This document shows, in pieces, positions 59,503 through 64,000 of a stretch of 64,000 bases of DNA. How positions within the stretch are numbered: position 1 is the first letter of the stretch; each line of letters begins with the position of its first letter. A model generated the notes under the pieces. The model did not search any database, was not told the DNA's origin, and was given only the letters and a program-made list of their open reading frames with translations. The position numbers and the translations under genes were made by a program. The stretch is from Fonticula alba ATCC 38817 (lineage: Eukaryota > Protista > Nucleariida), in the NCBI GenBank assembly GCA_000388065.2, contig KB932206.1; one strand, 5' to 3'.

Positions 59503-62173
59503 ATGGAGCTCGTACTGCCGCCCATCTCCCCGGCCGATCCGCTTGGGTCCATTTGGGCTCGGACGCTGCTTATCTCCGGGACCGGAGACTCGGACGACCC
59601 TAGCGGATCCTTCGTGGCGCGCCTGCAGCAGGTGTGCCTTTCCCCTCTCCCTCTCTCTCTCTCTCTCTCTCCCGATGCCCCTCCCCTGCCCCTTCTCCCT
59701 CTCCTTCACTCTGCTGACTGCCCACGGCCATTGATCCCTGCCACAGCTCGGCCAGAAGTTGGGCGTGCCCCTGGAGGCCCCGATCCGCCTGGCCACCGAG
59801 GACCCGATGCCCGATAATCTGGTCACTCTCGCTCGTTTCCTGTCACTCTGGGAGTTCGAGGTGCGAGGGGGCCCCCCATTGGCGCAGAGGCATCTGGCGC
59901 ACACCCACGCTGGTATACATCTATATGCAAGCATACTCACCATCTGTCCCCCCCCCCCCGAAAAAAAAAAGGAGTACTTCATCGAGGACTGGACCCCCGC
60001 CAGTGGGCCCATCTCCCCGCGAAACGAACTCTTCGCCCTCACCTCCCTGCAGGCGTACCTCCAGTGGTGCCGAGTCCAGCTGGGTGCCGATGGCGGCCTC
60101 ACCCCGGCTGCTGACACTCTGCTCACCATGGCCATGGACCGGGTTATGGCGCTGCTGGCGATGCAGCGGCCGGATGCCGGGCCCGGCTTGGCTGCCGGCC
60201 AGCCGGCCACCCAGCCCACTCTGCGCCAGATTGCCCAGACGCTCGGGGTCACTGGCGGCACGGCCCCCGGGCAGGCCCCCCTGGCCGAGAATCTGGCCCA
60301 CGCGGCGGTCGATGCCGAAGGCCACCTGATGGGTCTGCGTACGGATCCCACCGGGGCCGGGCTCGCGCCCGGCGTCGAGGCAATCCTGGTCCCGCGCTCG
60401 GCCATGATGACCGTGGCCGCCGGGCGCGAAACCCCGGGCATCGGCCGGGTCCTGTGCGAGGTCGAGGGCCTCGACGAGGTGACTCAGCTGGTGCTGCTGG
60501 TCCTGCATGAGACCTTCGTCCGCGGTGCCGACTCCCGCTGGCACGCCTATCTGGACGCCCTGCCACGGCACATCCCGTCGCTGATCGCGTGCGGCTTTGT
60601 GGCCGACTGCCCGAATACACCGGCCGGCCAGGCGGCCAAGGCGACTGCCATGCAGTATCGCACCCGGCTGGATGCCGAGCTGGCCGAGACATCGGTCCTG
60701 CTGGAGGCCCAGCAAGTCCGCTCGGAGCTGGAGCGCGTCCATGGCCTCCTCTTCCCGGCCCTGTCGGACTATTACACCGAGGAGCTGCCGGCCGCGGCTT
60801 GCACCCTGGACCGGTTCATTTGGGCCCGGGCCGTCATCGATTCCCGGGCCATGACCATGCGTCTGGGATCGGAGGAGCAGGCGATCCCCCCGGGCGGCGC
60901 CGGCCAGTCGGCCCTCGATGTCGGCATCACCTTCGGCACTCTCGGCATGTGTGCCAGTATCCTCCACTCGCCGGAGGCGCTGGCCCAGCCGGAGGTCACC
61001 TGTCTGGTGCCTGGAGCGGACTTGGCCAATCATGCCCTCCGGTCGCACATCTCCCGGCGGTGGTTCGATCCAGTCCGCCAGGCCGTGGTCTTCTACAGCC
61101 ACTTCCCGGTGGCCCCGGGCGACGAGCTGACGTACTACTACTCGCCGGTGTCCAATCGCACGGGGCTCCTGCAATTTGGCTTTGTGCTGGATGGTCCGGC
61201 CTCTTCCTCGGCCCCGGCCCCCCTGTCCCGGGCCAACCCCTACGACGTGGTGGGTGTGGTGCTTGGTGCTCCGGACCATGATGGCCTGGCCGATTTGCGC
61301 ATTCGCCAGCTCCTCCGGCGCCCCTATTGCGGGGGCATTGACCATTGCGTGCGGCTTGGCCTTGGTCCCTGGATTCAGGATGCCTTCTGCCAGGATGCCC
61401 ACCTGGGCGTCGAGGGCCCGGGAGCTGCGGCCCGGCTGTTCGGCTCGCTGACCGGCATCGAGCATCTGGCGGACTTGGTCAATGCCGAGGCGAATCTCCC
61501 ACGGCCGAGTGCCGCCGAGTGCCCGATTGTCGATGTCCTCCGGGCCCCGGTGAGTCCGCGCCTGCTCAATGCCATGCGCGTGCTGCTGGCCGATCGCCCG
61601 CAGCTGAATCAGCTCATGCGTCTGGGCAGCACCTTCGGCTCGGTCGATCCGACGGCCGCCCCCACACGGGCCACCTGTGCGGAGGACGATTCGCGTGCTC
61701 TCGGTGCCGAGCACGAGCTTTTCATCCTCTGCTCGCTGGAGGACATCCTGCTGGATCTGCTTCAGGCCTATCCGACCACGCTGGCGGCCGACCTGGACAT
61801 GCTGGCCGGGCTGACCGGCGGAGCCATGTCCCTGGCTGGCCCGGAGGCTGGTGCACTGCACCTGGCCTTGCGGTATCGCATTGGCGAAAAGCGCGCCCTG
61901 GCCAGTGCCCTGGCCTGGACCCGGCACAATGTGGCCCTTCTCCGGGCCACCCTGGCGGCCATCCTCGGCGACTCGCCGGCCGTCGCCATGGCCGGCACCC
62001 GTCGCGAGAAGCACCTGCTCAATCGCCATGCTCGTGGCACCGCGGCCCTGGCACGCCCTGGCCGTCAGATCAACCGACGCCTCGCCGAGGAGCGCGAGCA
62101 GCAGGACGACCACCAGTCCGCCAATCGGCCAGCTGGCCGGGAGGATCCGCGTGCCGATCGCGCTCGCCAGTAA
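59503..62173 (+). CDS. SET-domain protein-lysine/histidine methyltransferase, LSMT/SETD3/SETD6-like class
   Basis: LVLLVLHE..SRWHAYLDALP, FIWARAVIDSRA, LVPGADLANH, GDELTYYY..N..LLQFGFVL..NPYD, and a C-terminal Rubisco-LSMT substrate-binding-like region (AYPTTLAADL..LALRYRIGEKRAL). Confidence 0.88.
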
Positions 62174-62443
62174 GCCCCCCCCCCCCCCACTCCCATTAGA
62201 CAGGCACCAACGGTCCTCAGGATGACATCCTGCCGTGCTTCCCTCCTTTTCCGGCCTCTTTTCTCCCTTCCATCATCTCTTCGTATCTCTCCCTCCCTCC
62301 CTCTCTCCCTCTCCCTCGTCAAATACAAACGCATGCGCTCAGATGCGTCCATACAAAAGACAGGCTCCAGCTACCACCACAGAGGTCTGGGGAAGAGGGG
62401 GCCCCCATGTCCAGACATTCACACATGTGCCGAAGCTTTCCAT

Positions 62444-64000
62444 TTAGGGTGGATATGGATGCTGCGGAGCCGACTGCCTCGCCGACTCGACGGCCTGCTT
62501 GTACAGCTCATCCAAAAGAAACTGTCGGTCAAGGTACGCGTGCTCTAGGAGAAGCTGACGCTGGGAGTTGCATCTTTTGATCTTGGGTCCGGGAGCAGCG
62601 ATGTACGAAAAGAGTCGGGCTTGCTCAAGCGGAATCCCAAGCGCATCGGAGACAGATTGAAGGCCCAACGGTGGGCGGACCTGAAGAAGGCGCATGGCCA
62701 GGTTGAAGACGGCGGAATTAGCGCTGCTGTCAGCGTCCCAGGAGACATCCGACGGCCCGGCGCCCGTCATGCGCAGAAGAGCATCCTGTGGCAGGGACGA
62801 TGATTGGATGCGACGGGTCGGGTCCAACAAACACCCGAGCCAGATGGCTAGGTCCCGGTTGAGGCCGAGGATCAGGCCCAGGTCCTCGCGCAGTAGGATA
62901 ACCGGCTCTCGAGCCCGACAGATGATTTGCGCGGCGAAGAGAAAGCAATTTGGCGGGGTACTCGGGGCATCCTGCACACTCGGGGGCAGAAGTGCCCGTG
63001 CACAGAGCCGGCCCTGACACAGGATACATGATTTGGTGTCGGGTTTGTCGGATTTTGCGACTTCCTTCACGGCCAAGGCTCGAGTCTTCCGCTCGAGAAG
63101 ATGCGCGCAATACTTCCCACGAAGGCCAGTATGGAATTCCAAAGCGCAAAAGGCCAGCTCCAGGGCATTGGAATCTTTGGCTGCCATATATCGTCGGATC
63201 AGACGAAAAAGGTCTTCGGCATCGAAGTCCACGAGCAGCTCCTCCGACGGGAGTGGCAGGGGAGTGGGCCGAGCAGCTGCCACCGGGAGACGACCATCCA
63301 GCACGGCGTCTTGCCAGTCGCCGATGGTCACCACCCGGGTGCCAATTGGGGAGGGGCCCGGCGGGCGAAATGTGGCCAATGTGCGGGTGGTGGCAGATGG
63401 TTCGGGTGCTGGTGGAGGCTTGGGCACCGGCACCAGATCGGCCGAACCGCCGACCAGATTGCACACGATCGACAGGGGGATGGTCCGAGTGAAGGGGGCA
63501 CGCATGAGGACATTCAACTTGATGGTACGCTCAATCCCAGGGTCAAAGAGCAAGGGACGAAGTTGCGGATGGTGCAACTCCAACAGGGCACCAAGCTGCG
63601 CCCTTTGCAGGCCCAGTTGCTCGAAGCGCCGGCGAAGGGATGCTGCTATCAAATGAGGCTTCTTGCTGAGGGCCTCCGCTAGAAAGTGTGTGTGGAGGTG
63701 CTGCAATAGGGCCAATGCACGTATGGTAGCCAGGGAGGAGGGAGCAGCACTCGAGGCGGGCACGTAGTTGGCCAAAATGCCCCGACAGGTGTCTCGGGTC
63801 AGGTGCAGGAGGGAAGCCAGCGCAATAGCAGCTCTATCGGTGATTGTGCCCGTGCTGGCAGGGGAGTCCCTGGCATCGGAATCCCACCGGGCCTCTGTCA
63901 GTAGCCGCTCAAGGACAGGCCACAGCTCGCTGTTGGCCGCGAGAGTTACACTCGGGACCGGCAGAACCCGTGGCTTCAGCAGGATGTCCGGTGGAAGGAT
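62444..64000 (-). CDS. Large hypothetical protein, 3' part (at least 518 aa), intronless in the window, runs off the window edge
   Basis: The frame of ORF 62444-63775 stays open to base 64000 (translated by hand: ILPPDILLKPRVL..). No confident family assignment. Confidence 0.7.
   Translation of the reverse strand: MLPPDILLKPRVLPVPSVTLAANSELWPVLERLLTEARWDSDARDSPASTGTITDRAAIALASLLHLTRDTCRGILANYVPASSAAPSSLATIRALALLQHLHTHFLAEALSKKPHLIAASLRRRFEQLGLQRAQLGALLELHHPQLRPLLFDPGIERTIKLNVLMRAPFTRTIPLSIVCNLVGGSADLVPVPKPPPAPEPSATTRTLATFRPPGPSPIGTRVVTIGDWQDAVLDGRLPVAAARPTPLPLPSEELLVDFDAEDLFRLIRRYMAAKDSNALELAFCALEFHTGLRGKYCAHLLERKTRALAVKEVAKSDKPDTKSCILCQGRLCARALLPPSVQDAPSTPPNCFLFAAQIICRAREPVILLREDLGLILGLNRDLAIWLGCLLDPTRRIQSSSLPQDALLRMTGAGPSDVSWDADSSANSAVFNLAMRLLQVRPPLGLQSVSDALGIPLEQARLFSYIAAPGPKIKRCNSQRQLLLEHAYLDRQFLLDELYKQAVESARQSAPQHPYPP

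Noticed and set aside
63480-63560. SLX1-like similarity (KLNVLMRAPFTRTIPL)
   Set aside because: No GIY-YIG motif upstream and no proper RING spacing downstream; a short chance match.
1-64000. tRNA, rRNA, spliceosomal snRNA, transposase or reverse transcriptase genes
   Set aside because: I saw no recognisable signature by eye. tRNAscan-SE, Infernal and RepeatMasker would be needed to exclude divergent copies.

Overview
This is GC-rich, intron-rich eukaryotic nuclear DNA from a draft assembly with 11 N-gaps. Gene content points to an amoeboid opisthokont protist: animal/fungal-type housekeeping genes plus the WAVE-complex subunit Abi, a cation-dependent M6P receptor homologue and GSKIP. The style resembles Fonticula alba, but that is an unverified inference. 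I rebuilt about 22 protein-coding genes, mostly spliced, by joining exons at GT..AG sites and checking phase by hand for most junctions. In order they are: RNase Z (3' part), an orphan TM protein, TMA16, a degenerate LAG1/TLC protein, a 3xPH-SH3-EF-hand protein, TIM9, SNF7, YAE1, ferrochelatase, striatin, BET1, a CD-MPR-like receptor, NUP160, GRASP, GSKIP, HUT1/SLC35B1, COX15, an orphan TM/coiled-coil protein, a J-domain protein, ABI, a SET/LSMT methyltransferase and a truncated intronless ORF. Most long ORFs in the supplied track are GC-driven shadow or intron read-through frames. I found no rRNA, tRNA, CRISPR array or recognisable transposon, and no clear multi-gene novel system. The best leads are single-gene oddities: a predicted pseudo-ceramide-synthase, a new PH/SH3/EF-hand architecture, an M6P receptor with an intact sugar-binding quartet, an Abi with an acidic DDW-like motif, and unusual poly-C intron architecture. 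All family assignments come from remembered motifs, not database searches.
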